Shown here: positions 11,520-21,612 of the stretch, in pieces | Layout of the letters: the number at the start of each line of letters is the position of its first letter | How positions within the stretch are numbered: position 1 is the first letter of the stretch | From: Roseibacillus sp. | Lineage (GTDB): Bacteria > Verrucomicrobiota > Verrucomicrobiia > Verrucomicrobiales > Akkermansiaceae | Direction: 5' to 3' | DNA length: 64,000 bases | Assembly: GCA_051251855.1 (NCBI GenBank) | Contig: JBPOGI010000005.1 | Span: forward strand, 256,001-320,000 | Program-made: the position numbers and the translations under genes | Notes under the pieces: generated by a model | What the model saw: the letters and a program-made list of their open reading frames with translations, nothing else | Told to the model about the DNA's origin: nothing | Database searches by the model: none

Positions 11520-11633
11520 GTGGCGTGGGCCCTCCGGCCCACGAGAGTGGCTTCAGCCGTCTCGGTTGAAGTAGGAGCTTGAACCTCGGCAGGATGCCGA
11601 GGTTGACCTTCGTCGCCCAGAGGGCAACGCCAC
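11520..11633. repeat. Nested GTGG-type REP-like palindromes
   Basis: GTGG+CGTGGGCC/GGCCCACG, GTGG+CTTCAGCCG/CGGTTGAAG, AACCTCGGCA/TGCCGAGGTT, and an inverted GTGG+CGTTGCCC/GGGCGACG. Confidence 0.65.
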
Positions 11634-11651
11634 GATGAAGACTCCTGACTC

Positions 11652-12437
11652 CTAGTGCTCGTCGTTCGAGAAGAGGGAGGCGAAGAGCTGATTCATGTAG
11701 AAGAAGGAGCGCTCGTTGGAGAGTTCGTGGAATTCCGCTTTGCCGATCATGGTGGCTTCGGGGTCGGTGAAGGAGTGGACGGTGTTGCTGAATTGGATGA
11801 GCTGCCAGTCGGTGTCGGTGGTGAGCATGGCTTGTTCGAACTGGGCGACGTCTTCCTGAGGAACGAAGGGGTCGGCGGCTCCGTGGAGAACGAGGACGGC
11901 GGCTTTGGTTTTGGCGGCGTCGGCTGCGAGGGTAGGAGAGACGAGGTCTCCGTGGAAGGAGACGATGGCGTCGAGGTCGGCGCCGCTGCGGCCGAGCTCG
12001 AGGACGGTGCCGCCTCCGAAGCAGAACCCGATGGCGGCGGTTTTGTCTTTGTCGAGGGGGGCTTCTTGTTTGAGGAAGGTGTCGAGGGCGAGTTGGGCGC
12101 GAGAACGCATCATTTCGCGGTCGGCGCGCACGGCTCCGGCGGCTTCACCAGCTTCGCCCATGTTGGTGGGGCGGACGTCAGCGCCATACATGTCGGCGAC
12201 GAAGACGACGCGGTTGGTGCCGGCGACTTCAGCGGCTTTTTTGACGGCAGACTCGGTGACTCCCATCCAGTTCGGGACCATGAGAATGGCAGGAGCAGGA
12301 TCGGTGAGGGAGTCGTCGTAGACAAGCACGCCTTCGAATTGGGTGTCGGCGTCAGAGTAGGCGACTTTCTTCTGAATGAGTTCAGCGGAAGCGGAGAGGG
12401 AAAGGGTAAAGAGTGAGAGAGTGGTCAGTGTTTTCAT
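11652..12437 (-). CDS. Dienelactone hydrolase family protein (secreted)
   Basis: GFCFGG nucleophile, SFHG, HGAADP and HSFTDP motifs; signal peptide. Confidence 0.92.
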   Translation of the reverse strand: MKTLTTLSLFTLSLSASAELIQKKVAYSDADTQFEGVLVYDDSLTDPAPAILMVPNWMGVTESAVKKAAEVAGTNRVVFVADMYGADVRPTNMGEAGEAAGAVRADREMMRSRAQLALDTFLKQEAPLDKDKTAAIGFCFGGGTVLELGRSGADLDAIVSFHGDLVSPTLAADAAKTKAAVLVLHGAADPFVPQEDVAQFEQAMLTTDTDWQLIQFSNTVHSFTDPEATMIGKAEFHELSNERSFFYMNQLFASLFSNDEH

Positions 12438-12485
12438 GGTTACTAAGGTAGGAGCGATTGAGTGAGGCGCAAGGTTGTTAGGAGG

Positions 12486-13151
12486 CTACTTCCAGAGTGA
12501 AGAAGGAAGTTCTACCACGCGTCCATTGAGGGGAGTGAAGAGGCGGTCATGTTCGCGAGAATAGGAATAGGTTTTGCCGCCAGTGAAGGTTCCGAAGGCG
12601 GGAAGGACGAGTTGGTTTTTGCGGAGAAAAAAGACGGGGGCGCGAAAGCCGGTTCCGGTGCCGTCTTTGATTCTGACGGCGGGGTGGAGGTGGCCGCCGA
12701 TGTGAAAGCCTGAGGGGTTGTCGAGTTCGTCGTCGGGGTCATGGAGAATGTGGAAGTCGTCGATGGTGTATTCGGGGAGGAGGGGGAAGTCTTTACCGAG
12801 GGGATTCTTGCCGCAGGCGGCGTCGTGGTTGCCTTCGACGAGGGTGATGGGGATGGGGGATTTGGCGAGCCAGGGAAGGAGGATGTCGAGGACTTCGGGG
12901 GTGCAGCCGACGCGCGCATGAAGGAGGTCGCCGGCGATGACGAGGTGTGAGGATTTGGTTTCGGTGATGAGTTTGTCGATGCGAGCGAGGTCGGTGAGGG
13001 TGTCGCCTTCGGGGACGGGGAGGCCACGAGCGCGGAAGGCGGCGGATTTGCCGAAGTGGGTGTCGGCGAGGATAAGGGTGTGTGACTGGGGCAGAAAGAG
13101 GGCGTGATCGGCGAGGAGTTGGAGGGGGCCGGGAGGGAGGTTGAGAGTCAC
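12486..13151 (-). CDS. pdeM: Ligase-associated DNA damage response metallophosphoesterase/endonuclease
   Basis: ADTHFGK, GDLLH, GNHD, GHLHP and LPAFGTFTGG motifs; start set at GTG 13151. Confidence 0.88.
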   Translation of the reverse strand: MTLNLPPGPLQLLADHALFLPQSHTLILADTHFGKSAAFRARGLPVPEGDTLTDLARIDKLITETKSSHLVIAGDLLHARVGCTPEVLDILLPWLAKSPIPITLVEGNHDAACGKNPLGKDFPLLPEYTIDDFHILHDPDDELDNPSGFHIGGHLHPAVRIKDGTGTGFRAPVFFLRKNQLVLPAFGTFTGGKTYSYSREHDRLFTPLNGRVVELPSSLWK

Positions 13152-13186
13152 GGGGGGAGTATGGAGGAGATTGAAGGGGGATTCAA

Positions 13187-13393
13187 TTTTTGAACCACAG
13201 AGACGCGGAGGTAGCGCGGAGGACGGGGTTGGATACATTTTGAACAAAAGGCAACGAAGGGAACGAAGCCGAGGTTGGATGGACGGGGTTGGGTGTTCTT
13301 TCAGTAGGAGGTTTTTGAAGCCTTGTCCTTTGTTACCTTTGTTGCCCTCTGTTTTAACTGCGCTGTTTTTTCCTCCTTAGCTCCTGTTTGAAA
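13187..13393. repeat. Intergenic composite repeat (TTTTGAAC-headed units, direct then inverted), copy 1
   Basis: Units at 13187-13221 and 13238-13268, inverted units at 13328-13357 and 13363-13393; GGACGGGGTTGG linkers shared with 32747-33093. Confidence 0.7.
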
Positions 13394-13480
13394 TTGCAGC
13401 GATTGGTTTTTTGAAATAGCCCGTGAGGATTTTGGGGGAAAGGGTTTTGACCTGTCTTTGATTTTGCTAGGGTTCGCGCA

Positions 13481-14584
13481 GTGACTTTGGAGGAAATTGG
13501 TTGGAGCGCGTTTTTCGAGGAGCAATTTGAGCCTTTTCGGAAGAAGGGGTGGGTGCCTGCGCGGCTAGTGGAGGAGACGAAGATTAACTTTCGGGCTTGG
13601 TTGGAGGATGATGAGGAGTTGGAGGTGGTGACAGGAGGGAAGGTTTGGCATGAGGCGAGTTGTGATGCGGAGTTGCCGGCGGTGGGGGATTGGGTAGCGG
13701 TGGAGGTTCAGGGGGAGGATGACGAGCACATCATTCGAGCACGCTTGGAGCGGAGGACGACGTTTTCGAGGAAGAAGCCGGGGAATTCTTCGGAGGAACA
13801 AGTAATTGCAGCCAATGTGGATGTGGTGGTGGTGGTGACGGACGCGGTGGCAGACTTTAATGTCCGGCGGTTGGAGAGGTATTTGGGGCTGATTGCGAAG
13901 AGCGGGGCGAAGGGAGTTCTGTTGGTGAATAAGGCGGACTTGGTGAGCGAGGAGGAGATGGAGGACTTGGTGGCTGAGGTGCGTGAGCTGGATGATAAGG
14001 CGGAAGTTCGGGGGACCAGTGCGACTGAGGGCACGGGATTGAAGGTGCTGAAGGATTATCTTGCCGACGGGCTGACGATGGCTTTGGTGGGGTCGAGTGG
14101 AGTGGGGAAGTCGACACTGGTGAATCAACTGTTAGGTCGCGATGATTTGCTGACGGGAGAAATCAATGAAGTGACCGGAAAGGGGCGCCATACCACGAGC
14201 TGGCGGGAGTTGGTGCTTTTGCCGGAAGGGGGGATGCTGATTGATAATCCGGGAATTCGGGAAGTGCAGATGTGGACCGATGAGGTGACCTTGCGGGAGA
14301 GTTTTATGGATATTGAGGAGCTGACGCTAAATTGCCGCTTCTCAGATTGTAAGCACGAGAAGGATGCGGGCTGTGCGATTGTGGGGGCGGTGGAGTCAGG
14401 CGAGTTGGACCCAGCGCGTTATGAGAGTTTTTTGAATCTCGAGATTGAGATTGCGGATTTGAGGCGGCGTCAGAAGAAGCGGCAAATGGCGACCGAGCGA
14501 TGGGCTAAGCGTGATAAACGGATCAAAGCGAGGAATTGGGAAGACCGAGTGGAGCTGGATAAGGAAGAGCGGGGAGATTGGTGA
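13481..14584 (+). CDS. rsgA: Ribosome small subunit-dependent GTPase A
   Basis: VGDWV, IAANVD, NKAD, GSSGVGKS, GRHTT, DNPG and zinc motif CRFSDCKH...C. Confidence 0.96.
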   Translation: MTLEEIGWSAFFEEQFEPFRKKGWVPARLVEETKINFRAWLEDDEELEVVTGGKVWHEASCDAELPAVGDWVAVEVQGEDDEHIIRARLERRTTFSRKKPGNSSEEQVIAANVDVVVVVTDAVADFNVRRLERYLGLIAKSGAKGVLLVNKADLVSEEEMEDLVAEVRELDDKAEVRGTSATEGTGLKVLKDYLADGLTMALVGSSGVGKSTLVNQLLGRDDLLTGEINEVTGKGRHTTSWRELVLLPEGGMLIDNPGIREVQMWTDEVTLRESFMDIEELTLNCRFSDCKHEKDAGCAIVGAVESGELDPARYESFLNLEIEIADLRRRQKKRQMATERWAKRDKRIKARNWEDRVELDKEERGDW

Positions 14585-14683
14585 GTTTTAAGAATTCCTG
14601 TGGTTCTTAAAGCTATGGAGAAGAGCAGACGGCCTGAGAGGCTTCTCCCCTTGATGAAAAGAAGGGTGAGGCTAGCTCAGCAC

Positions 14684-15046
14684 TCAATAGCTTGCAGTTA
14701 AGTGCTTTTTTTTCGGCTGGAAAGAAACCCCTTTCTTGCGACCAAAGACGAGGAATGGAGCGCCGAAAATAGAAGATAAGAACAAGACTAGAGGCCAAGC
14801 ACGCGGCACGCTGACTTCTTGGGGGCCGGAGTTGAGGTCGGCGAAGTAGCTTTGGGTTATTTCTCTGGCGAGTTCTTCATCCTGGCTGCTAACCATGACG
14901 CGAACCCCGCCCACAGCATTGCTGTAATGCCAGACGGTTTGAACGAGATGTTCGTCGAAAAGGTGGGCCGAGATGCCGTTGGCTTCCAAGAAAGAGCGTA
15001 AGAGATGAGCCCCTTCGGCTTCTTGGAATGTAGCTACGGCATGCAT
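14684..15046 (-). CDS. DUF2007-like (putative signal-transducing) protein with C-terminal TM
   Basis: A.LLRS.LEA.GI...L.DE...GGVRVMV pattern. Confidence 0.75.
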   Translation of the reverse strand: MHAVATFQEAEGAHLLRSFLEANGISAHLFDEHLVQTVWHYSNAVGGVRVMVSSQDEELAREITQSYFADLNSGPQEVSVPRAWPLVLFLSSIFGAPFLVFGRKKGVSFQPKKKHLTASY

Positions 15047-15080
15047 GGCTATTTTAAACTACCTTTGTGAAGAGCTGGGG

Positions 15081-15638
15081 CTAAGGGACGATGAAGTACT
15101 TGCCGCGCTTGACGTCAGGTTGGCCAGTGCTGGGATTGACGTATTGCTTGCCGGTCGACGGATCGACGGGGATGGTGGAGGGGTCGCAGAGTTTGTCACC
15201 TGAGCTGGCTCCAGTGGTATCAAGGACGTTGTAGGGTGGGTAGGGGGAGATGACGGTGTTGGCCTTGATGCTGGGGGTCGCCATGGGGATGCTGCCATTA
15301 GAGGTGCGAGCAGGAGTGGTGGGAATCTTAGGTGCAGGAGGCTGATAGGTAGGACGCTGCGCGGGCGGGGTGTAGGTGCGGGTGTTGTTGTAACTTTGGT
15401 TTGCGTTACGCTGTTGGTTCTCGCGATAAGCGGAGACTCCAGCACCGGCAGCGGCTCCGAGGGCGGCTCCAGTGGCGACGTCGCCCCCGTCATCTCCGGC
15501 GATGGCTCCGAGTCCGGCACCACCAAGAGCTCCGATGGCAGCTCCTTGCTGTTGATAAGGAGTGCATGAGACGGCCGCGAAGAGCGCCGTGCTGCTCAGG
15601 AGTGCTGAGAGGCTTTTCAGGAAATTTTGTTTCTTCAT
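15081..15638 (-). CDS. Glycine-zipper lipoprotein
   Basis: Lipobox AVSC; GAAIGALGGAGLGAIAG...GAALGAAAGAG; Pro-rich C-terminus. Confidence 0.85.
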   Translation of the reverse strand: MKKQNFLKSLSALLSSTALFAAVSCTPYQQQGAAIGALGGAGLGAIAGDDGGDVATGAALGAAAGAGVSAYRENQQRNANQSYNNTRTYTPPAQRPTYQPPAPKIPTTPARTSNGSIPMATPSIKANTVISPYPPYNVLDTTGASSGDKLCDPSTIPVDPSTGKQYVNPSTGQPDVKRGKYFIVP

Positions 15639-15723
15639 ATCTGCGGGTGTTCGACTTTCTTTAATGCTGTTTTATTCGCACTTCCAGTTCATTTTGACAT
15701 TATGGAGTGGAAATTGGGAGTGT

Positions 15724-16395
15724 TCAAGGCCCAGTTGGGAGACTGGCAGGTCGGCCCGTTTTTTTGACGGCATCTTTATCGCGCGGGACTTCGAGGGGTT
15801 GTTGAGTCGGAACTAGTTCTGTTGGGGGGGTGGGCTGTTTGTCCTTGTGAGCCGGCCTTTCTTTGATGAGGCCAGTGGCGAGGCAGAGGAGATTGTAGTT
15901 GTGGTGGATGACGGCGGGAAAAGTGACACGGCCGGGTTCGGCGACGTTCTCGCGGAGAAGTTTGGAGGTGAGGTCGGCGAGAAGGTCGGTGCCGACTTTG
16001 GCGACTTGCTCGACCCCCATGGCGCTGGTGCCTGCGTTAGCACCGAGCTTGATGGCATCAGAGGTGATTTTTTGCCCTTGAAAGGCCATCGAAGACTGAG
16101 CGGAGACGATGTTACCATTCTTGTCTAGAGTAACTTGGAGGGAGGCGTGGTCATCGGAGGCAAAGAGCCCGCGGAGGTGGTCAATTCGGACGGAGATGAA
16201 GAGTCCACCATCGAGCATAGGGGTCACTTCGGGTTTCCAGGTACGATACTTTGAACCCGAGCGTTCGTAGTCTGCGGCGCGGCTGCCTTTGACTTCCCAA
16301 CCGCCGAGTTGTTCTCCGAGGCGATCGACATTGAGAATGGGCCCAGCCCAGGCGATGGGTGCAGAGAGAAGGAGGCAGAGGAGGAGTTTCTTCAT
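15724..16395 (-). CDS. Hypothetical secreted protein
   Basis: Signal peptide MKKLLLCLLLSAPIAWA; plausible 223-aa ORF. Confidence 0.75.
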   Translation of the reverse strand: MKKLLLCLLLSAPIAWAGPILNVDRLGEQLGGWEVKGSRAADYERSGSKYRTWKPEVTPMLDGGLFISVRIDHLRGLFASDDHASLQVTLDKNGNIVSAQSSMAFQGQKITSDAIKLGANAGTSAMGVEQVAKVGTDLLADLTSKLLRENVAEPGRVTFPAVIHHNYNLLCLATGLIKERPAHKDKQPTPPTELVPTQQPLEVPRDKDAVKKTGRPASLPTGP

Positions 16396-16627
16396 GATGA
16401 GGTGGAAAAGGGGTTCGACAATCTTGAGTTGTCATTCACAGACGTGGCGAGCGAGTAGTTTGTTCACAAGAATTCGTCTCGATATGCTAGGAAAACGGCG
16501 GTTGGGGCCGGATTCATTCAGAAAAGTTGGAGAATCGTCATTTTAGGAGAGTTTTCATTGATTGAGTCGATGGAGGCATTTTGAGGTTCGATTTTGAAGT
16601 GGGAAGGTGTTGGGGTAGGTTGAAGAA

Positions 16628-17527
16628 GTGAACGAGACCAATTTTTTGACTCTGAAGAGCGGGCGGAAGCTGTGTTATGGCGACTACGGGGATCCGAATG
16701 GGCGTCCGGTGATGTATTTTCATGGTTGGCCTTCATCTCGAATGCAGGGGTTCGTGTTGGAGGAGCTGTGTTTGGAGAAAGGGGTGCGCTTGATTGCTCC
16801 GGACCGTCCAGGGGTGGGGCAATCGGAATTGCAGCCGGACCGGAATTTAATGGATTGGCCGCCGCTGGTGGAGGAGTTGGCGGATCACGTGGGCTGGGAG
16901 AAATTTTCGATTATGGGGGTTTCTGGGGGAGGTCCTTATGCGGTGGCAGCTGCGGCGGCTTTGCCAGAGAGGGTGGAAAAGGCGGCGGTCATTTGCGGGG
17001 CTCCTCCGCTGGCGAAGTTTCCGAATCGCTCCGAGATGATGTGGCCGTATCGGGCGTTGTTACGTATTCGGCCTTATGCGCCGTTTTTGATCCCGGGGAT
17101 TTTGAAGATGTCGCATTGGATCTCGGAGTATCCTGTGGATGAACCTCCGATGTCTTGGGTGATGAAGTGGACGGCTGATGCGGACCGTGAGGCGCTGGGG
17201 GAAAGTGACTTCGAGTTGGTGACGCGCAGTTTTCGAGAAGGGATTTCGGCGGGAACGAAGGGGGTGCAGATCGATGGCGATGTTTATACCTCGGAGTGGG
17301 GAATTGATTTTGAGAAAATCGAAGTTCCGGTGGAGTTTTGGCACGGGGAAGAGGATAAGAATATCCCGTATTCGATGGTGAAGGAGTATGCTTCGTGGAT
17401 TCCGACCGCGGAGATGCACTCGTTCCCTGGTGAGGGGCATTATTCGATTATCGCGCGTTCGCCACGGAAGGTGTTAGAGAGTCTCTTTCCCGGCGAGCAA
17501 AGGGCTAAGGAGCTGGTGGCACAGTGA
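16628..17527 (+). CDS. Alpha/beta fold hydrolase
   Basis: YFHGWPSSR, APDRPGVG, GVSGGG, WHGEED and EGHYS motifs. Confidence 0.92.
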   Translation: MNETNFLTLKSGRKLCYGDYGDPNGRPVMYFHGWPSSRMQGFVLEELCLEKGVRLIAPDRPGVGQSELQPDRNLMDWPPLVEELADHVGWEKFSIMGVSGGGPYAVAAAAALPERVEKAAVICGAPPLAKFPNRSEMMWPYRALLRIRPYAPFLIPGILKMSHWISEYPVDEPPMSWVMKWTADADREALGESDFELVTRSFREGISAGTKGVQIDGDVYTSEWGIDFEKIEVPVEFWHGEEDKNIPYSMVKEYASWIPTAEMHSFPGEGHYSIIARSPRKVLESLFPGEQRAKELVAQ

Positions 17528-18935
17528 TGGGGCTGTTGAGCTTGAATTCGGGAGTGTCGGGCGGAGAGAGTTCGCGCGTGACGGGATCCCATTGATAGGG
17601 CTGGTTGTAGATGGGGTCGTTAGGGACGGGCTCACCTCTCATGATGGCGAAGGCGGCTTGGGTAAGAGCGTTTTGGTTATTGAATCGCTGAAAACCTGAC
17701 GTCCACGCTGAGACGCTGTTGAGATTAAACACTTCGGCGAATTTACGGCTGTTTCTCGAGAGATGGGCGGGGTCGAGAATGAAAGGTGGGGTGATGCTGT
17801 TCCAGTCTTTCACTTCTTCACTGTGGTATGTCTGCTGAAGCTGAAGGTAGCTTGATGCATTGTAGTCGATGACGGCGTCAGGGTCTGAGGGGTAATGGGG
17901 ATCGTCTGTGTTTGAGAGCATGGGGAGGGTGTAGTATCGAGAGCCCGCATGCCACTCGCCAGTCAGGACACGTCCAAGAGTTGCGGGAGGATGTGTTTGT
18001 AGGCTGAGGGCATCTTCCCACTGTGACGGTCGGAGTTCCTCCACTGGGATTACGGGGATGAGTTCGGTGAGGGTGTAGTTGATGCTTTGGAGTTTCCCCA
18101 GAATACCGACTGTTGTGGAAAGGAGAGTTGGCGTTTCGATTTCTAGAAAGTGGTCTGCCAGTCCGCGGGTGGCTTGGACGGATTCCAAGGCAGCTGCGGT
18201 GTTGCCTTCTTCGATGGAAAGACGAGCGTCTAACAGAAGGATATCGAAAGCTTCCAGTGCGGGCCGAGTGCCTAGAAAGCCCCAGCGGTCAATATTGATG
18301 TCTTTGGTCGATTGTTCAGGCGTTAATCCGATCTCACGAAGCTCATTCAGGAGGCTCTGGTTTTCAGTGAGCCATTGCTTCGTGAGTTCGCTATCCCACG
18401 GAGATTTGCCATCGATTTGGTTTTGCAGGGTCTTCGGGATTTTGAGAGGTGAATTGTCCGAGTTTTCGAGTCGTTCGCAGAACTCTAGCCACTTTAAAAA
18501 TCCGTTTTCTTTGGGCGGGATATTTTTATATTCGACGGCAAGTTCGGGGTAGCGTTCGAGGATACGCTGATAGAGTGCGTCGGCCCATTGGAGAAGTTCG
18601 GCGACTTTGGCTTGGTCGGCTGGGTCTTTGGAATTGAGTAGATTCCAGTAGTGATCGCCGAAAACTGTATTGGGGGTTCTCCAGGGGTTCTTGTCCCAAG
18701 TCATGAGGTCGTCTACGCCATCGTGGAGCCAGTCGAATTTTTTTCCGGTGTAGGGTTCTTTGCTGAAGGTGGGTTTGAGTTGAGGTCGTTCGGATGGAAA
18801 GACGACTTCTCCTTGGGGTGGAGGTGGTTGCTTGGTTGCCTCAGGGAGGAAGACGATGGCGAGAATGAGGAGGAAGGGGCTGAGGATGACGAGGCCAAAG
18901 AGTAGAATGCGTTTGATCGTCTTTCTTGCCATCAT
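17505..18935 (-). CDS. Hypothetical membrane-anchored protein
   Basis: N-terminal TM, helical body, C-terminal P.DP....PY motif; overlaps the convergent gene by 23 bp. Confidence 0.75.
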   Translation of the reverse strand: MMARKTIKRILLFGLVILSPFLLILAIVFLPEATKQPPPPQGEVVFPSERPQLKPTFSKEPYTGKKFDWLHDGVDDLMTWDKNPWRTPNTVFGDHYWNLLNSKDPADQAKVAELLQWADALYQRILERYPELAVEYKNIPPKENGFLKWLEFCERLENSDNSPLKIPKTLQNQIDGKSPWDSELTKQWLTENQSLLNELREIGLTPEQSTKDINIDRWGFLGTRPALEAFDILLLDARLSIEEGNTAAALESVQATRGLADHFLEIETPTLLSTTVGILGKLQSINYTLTELIPVIPVEELRPSQWEDALSLQTHPPATLGRVLTGEWHAGSRYYTLPMLSNTDDPHYPSDPDAVIDYNASSYLQLQQTYHSEEVKDWNSITPPFILDPAHLSRNSRKFAEVFNLNSVSAWTSGFQRFNNQNALTQAAFAIMRGEPVPNDPIYNQPYQWDPVTRELSPPDTPEFKLNSPITVPPAP

Positions 18936-19048
18936 TGAGAGTGAGCGGAATAGGAGGGGTGGTGACAAGGGGGATTCTTTAGGATCGCATCATACAGGCT
19001 TCCTCTTGAGTGAAGATGCTTGTTTGGAAGGACCTCTTTTCAGGGCAC

Positions 19049-19083
19049 AAAAAAGAGCAGGGGACCGAGGTCGCCTGCTCTTT
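19049..19083 (-). terminator. Rho-independent terminator after secDF
   Basis: AAAGAGCAGG...CCTGCTCTTT hairpin with a T-run on the minus strand. Confidence 0.75.
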
Positions 19084-19101
19084 CGGAAATGAATTGGAAA
19101 T

Positions 19102-21570
19102 TTAGTGTTCGAGAGTGGTGCTTTTGCCGGGCATGACTTGGGCTTCGAGCTGGGCGTCGATGACTTCGGCACGAAGGTTTGTGCCGCGTTTCTTGGACCA
19201 CCATGCGACCACGGGAGCAGCAACAAAGATGGAAGAGTAGGTTCCGATGACGACTCCAATCATCATAGCGAGGGCGAAGTCGCGCATGGCGGCACCACCG
19301 AAGATGAAGAGGACGAGGACGGCCACGAAGGTGGTTACCGAGGTGAGGATGGTGCGCGAGAGAGTCGCGTTGATGGCCTCGTTCATGATGTCTTTGATGT
19401 CTCCGCTGCGCAGGGTGAGCTGCTCACGGATTCGGTCGAAGACAACGATGGTATCGTTAATGGAGTAACCGGCGATGGTCAGGATGGCGCCCACGTGGAT
19501 GAGGGAGAATTCGACGCCGAGTAGCATGAGAATGCCCAAGCAGATGATGACGTCGTGTGCGAGGGCGACGAAGGCACCGAGAGCGAAGGAGAATTCGAAT
19601 CGGATGGTGATGTAGATGATAATACCAATGAGGCCAATGCCGAGGGCGATGAGGGAGTTGTTGAGGAAGTCGCCACCCAATGCGGAGGAGACATTTTCGG
19701 TCGAGTATTCTATCTCGGCAAGCTCGGGGAAGTCTTGACGAAGTTGGTCGACCACCTTGGTGACGTCTGTGACCCCAGACTCGTCGGCCTCGTTGGAGGT
19801 GCGGACTACGAGTGAGAAACCAGAAGCGGACTGTTCTTCCTGAACTTGAGCTGCTTTGACAAGGCTGTCGATTTTGCCGACGGACTCTTGCACTTTATCA
19901 ACCGGAAGTTCGTTGTCGCCAAGTTCGAAGCGGGTGAGGGCTCCACCGACAAAGTCGATACCAAGAGCGCTGTCCTTTTTGATGCCACCCATGAGGAGAG
20001 CACCGATGAGGAGAACCGCAGAGATGACGAAGGCGATTTTCCCTTTGGAAAGGAAATCGATAGTCTTCTTGGGAAGGAGGTTGAGGAAGGTGAGCTTTTT
20101 AATGGCACCTGCGTCTTGGAACCACCAGAAGAGGATGCGGGTCACGAGCAGGGCCGCGAACATGGATGCAAGAATTCCAATAGTGAGGGTGATGGCGAAG
20201 CCTTTGACAGTTCCGGAGGCACGCCAGAAGAGAATGAGGGCCGTAATCAGGGTGGTGATGTTGGCGTCGAAGATGGCGGAGAAGGCTTTGTCGTAGGCGG
20301 ACTTGATGGCCGCACCAACGGACTTGCCAGCGGCGAGTTCTTCTCGCAGTCGTTCGAAGATGAGAACGTTGGCGTCGACCGAGACTCCGATCGTGAGGAT
20401 GATGCCGGCGATACCAGGAAGGGTGAAAGTGAAGCCGAACATGGCCATAGCACCGAAGAGGATGAGAATGTTCACGCTCAATCCGAGGAGGGCGATGATG
20501 CCCGCGAAGCGGTAGTAAAGAGTGACGAAGACGAGGGTGAGGGCGAGTCCGGCGATACCGGCGTAGATGCCTTGTTTAATGGTAGCAGCTCCCAGACGGG
20601 CAGATACTTGGCGCTGCTCTTCGACGATGAGCGGGTTTTCAAGAGGATTCATCAACTGCTGGGAGAGGCGCTCCACTTCGGAGGTGCCGCCAGAGATGCC
20701 GGTGATGATGAACTGCTTGCCGAGATTCTTGCTTTGGAAACCAGGGGCGCTGATGACTTTGCCGTCCAGGACGTGGGCCATGCGGTCGCGACCGGGCGTG
20801 ATATCGGCAGTGTATTTGCGCATGGCATCTCCACCTGCGTTGGTGAGGATAATGTTCATGACGCCGGGGCGAGAGAAGTCAGGGAAGGCCTCTTTAATCT
20901 GAGAGCCTTTTACTTCCACGCGTCGCTTGACGAGAATGGGGCGGGTGACGGCTTTAACTGCTTTCTCGCCTTTGGAGTCGAGAGATTGCTCGCCATTCTC
21001 GTCGAGAACGGGTTCCATGACGGGCTCGCCTTCATCATCGCGCTCGGGCTCTTGGAGGAGCTCGTAGCCGGGAGGGCGGGAAGCGGCTCCGGATGCAACT
21101 TGGAAGGCAAGAGAGCTGTTTTCAGGGTGAACGGCGCGGAAATTAAGGACGGCCTGCTTCTGAAGTTCTTCTCTGATTTGGTCTGCCTCTTCTTCGGTAG
21201 TTCCGGGCATCTCGATGGCGATGCGGTCGTCGCCTTGAGCCTGGATGGTCAGGTCTTTGGTGTCGTCTGGGTTGAGACGCTTGGAGATGACTTGGATGGC
21301 GGTCGCTTGGTCTTCAGGGCGAACAGCAAGAGGGGCCCCGGTGATTTCATCCTTCTTGGGATCGATGCGGACGGTGAAGGAAGATCCACCAGCCAAGTCG
21401 ATACCGGACCTGAGCCCTTCGCTCCAAATGGCCAAGCCGCAGAGAGTTGCGACGACTAAGGTGGCGATGGTGCCGATGTTGCGCTTGTTCTTGTCCTTTT
21501 CGGCCGCGAAATAGGCGAAGAGGAGGCCAAGAATAAGAAGGCCGACGAAGAAGATAATATAAGGACTCAT
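19102..21570 (-). CDS. secDF: Protein translocase subunit SecDF (fused)
   Basis: GIDLAGG, TLPGIAGIILTIG.SVDANVLIFER, GIDFVGG, GYSINDTIVVFDRIRE. Confidence 0.97.
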   Translation of the reverse strand: MSPYIIFFVGLLILGLLFAYFAAEKDKNKRNIGTIATLVVATLCGLAIWSEGLRSGIDLAGGSSFTVRIDPKKDEITGAPLAVRPEDQATAIQVISKRLNPDDTKDLTIQAQGDDRIAIEMPGTTEEEADQIREELQKQAVLNFRAVHPENSSLAFQVASGAASRPPGYELLQEPERDDEGEPVMEPVLDENGEQSLDSKGEKAVKAVTRPILVKRRVEVKGSQIKEAFPDFSRPGVMNIILTNAGGDAMRKYTADITPGRDRMAHVLDGKVISAPGFQSKNLGKQFIITGISGGTSEVERLSQQLMNPLENPLIVEEQRQVSARLGAATIKQGIYAGIAGLALTLVFVTLYYRFAGIIALLGLSVNILILFGAMAMFGFTFTLPGIAGIILTIGVSVDANVLIFERLREELAAGKSVGAAIKSAYDKAFSAIFDANITTLITALILFWRASGTVKGFAITLTIGILASMFAALLVTRILFWWFQDAGAIKKLTFLNLLPKKTIDFLSKGKIAFVISAVLLIGALLMGGIKKDSALGIDFVGGALTRFELGDNELPVDKVQESVGKIDSLVKAAQVQEEQSASGFSLVVRTSNEADESGVTDVTKVVDQLRQDFPELAEIEYSTENVSSALGGDFLNNSLIALGIGLIGIIIYITIRFEFSFALGAFVALAHDVIICLGILMLLGVEFSLIHVGAILTIAGYSINDTIVVFDRIREQLTLRSGDIKDIMNEAINATLSRTILTSVTTFVAVLVLFIFGGAAMRDFALAMMIGVVIGTYSSIFVAAPVVAWWSKKRGTNLRAEVIDAQLEAQVMPGKSTTLEH

Positions 21571-21612
21571 GAATGTTGCTTGATGAAATTAAGTGGAGCG
21601 GGGAAGAAGGGG

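Noticed and set aside
13187..13393. Possible CRISPR array in the repeat regions
   Set aside because: Units are degenerate, partly inverted and lack regular unique spacers; no cas genes are present
20950..21050. Three short D..GE repeats inserted in the SecD periplasmic domain
   Set aside because: Probably a variable surface loop with no evidence of separate function
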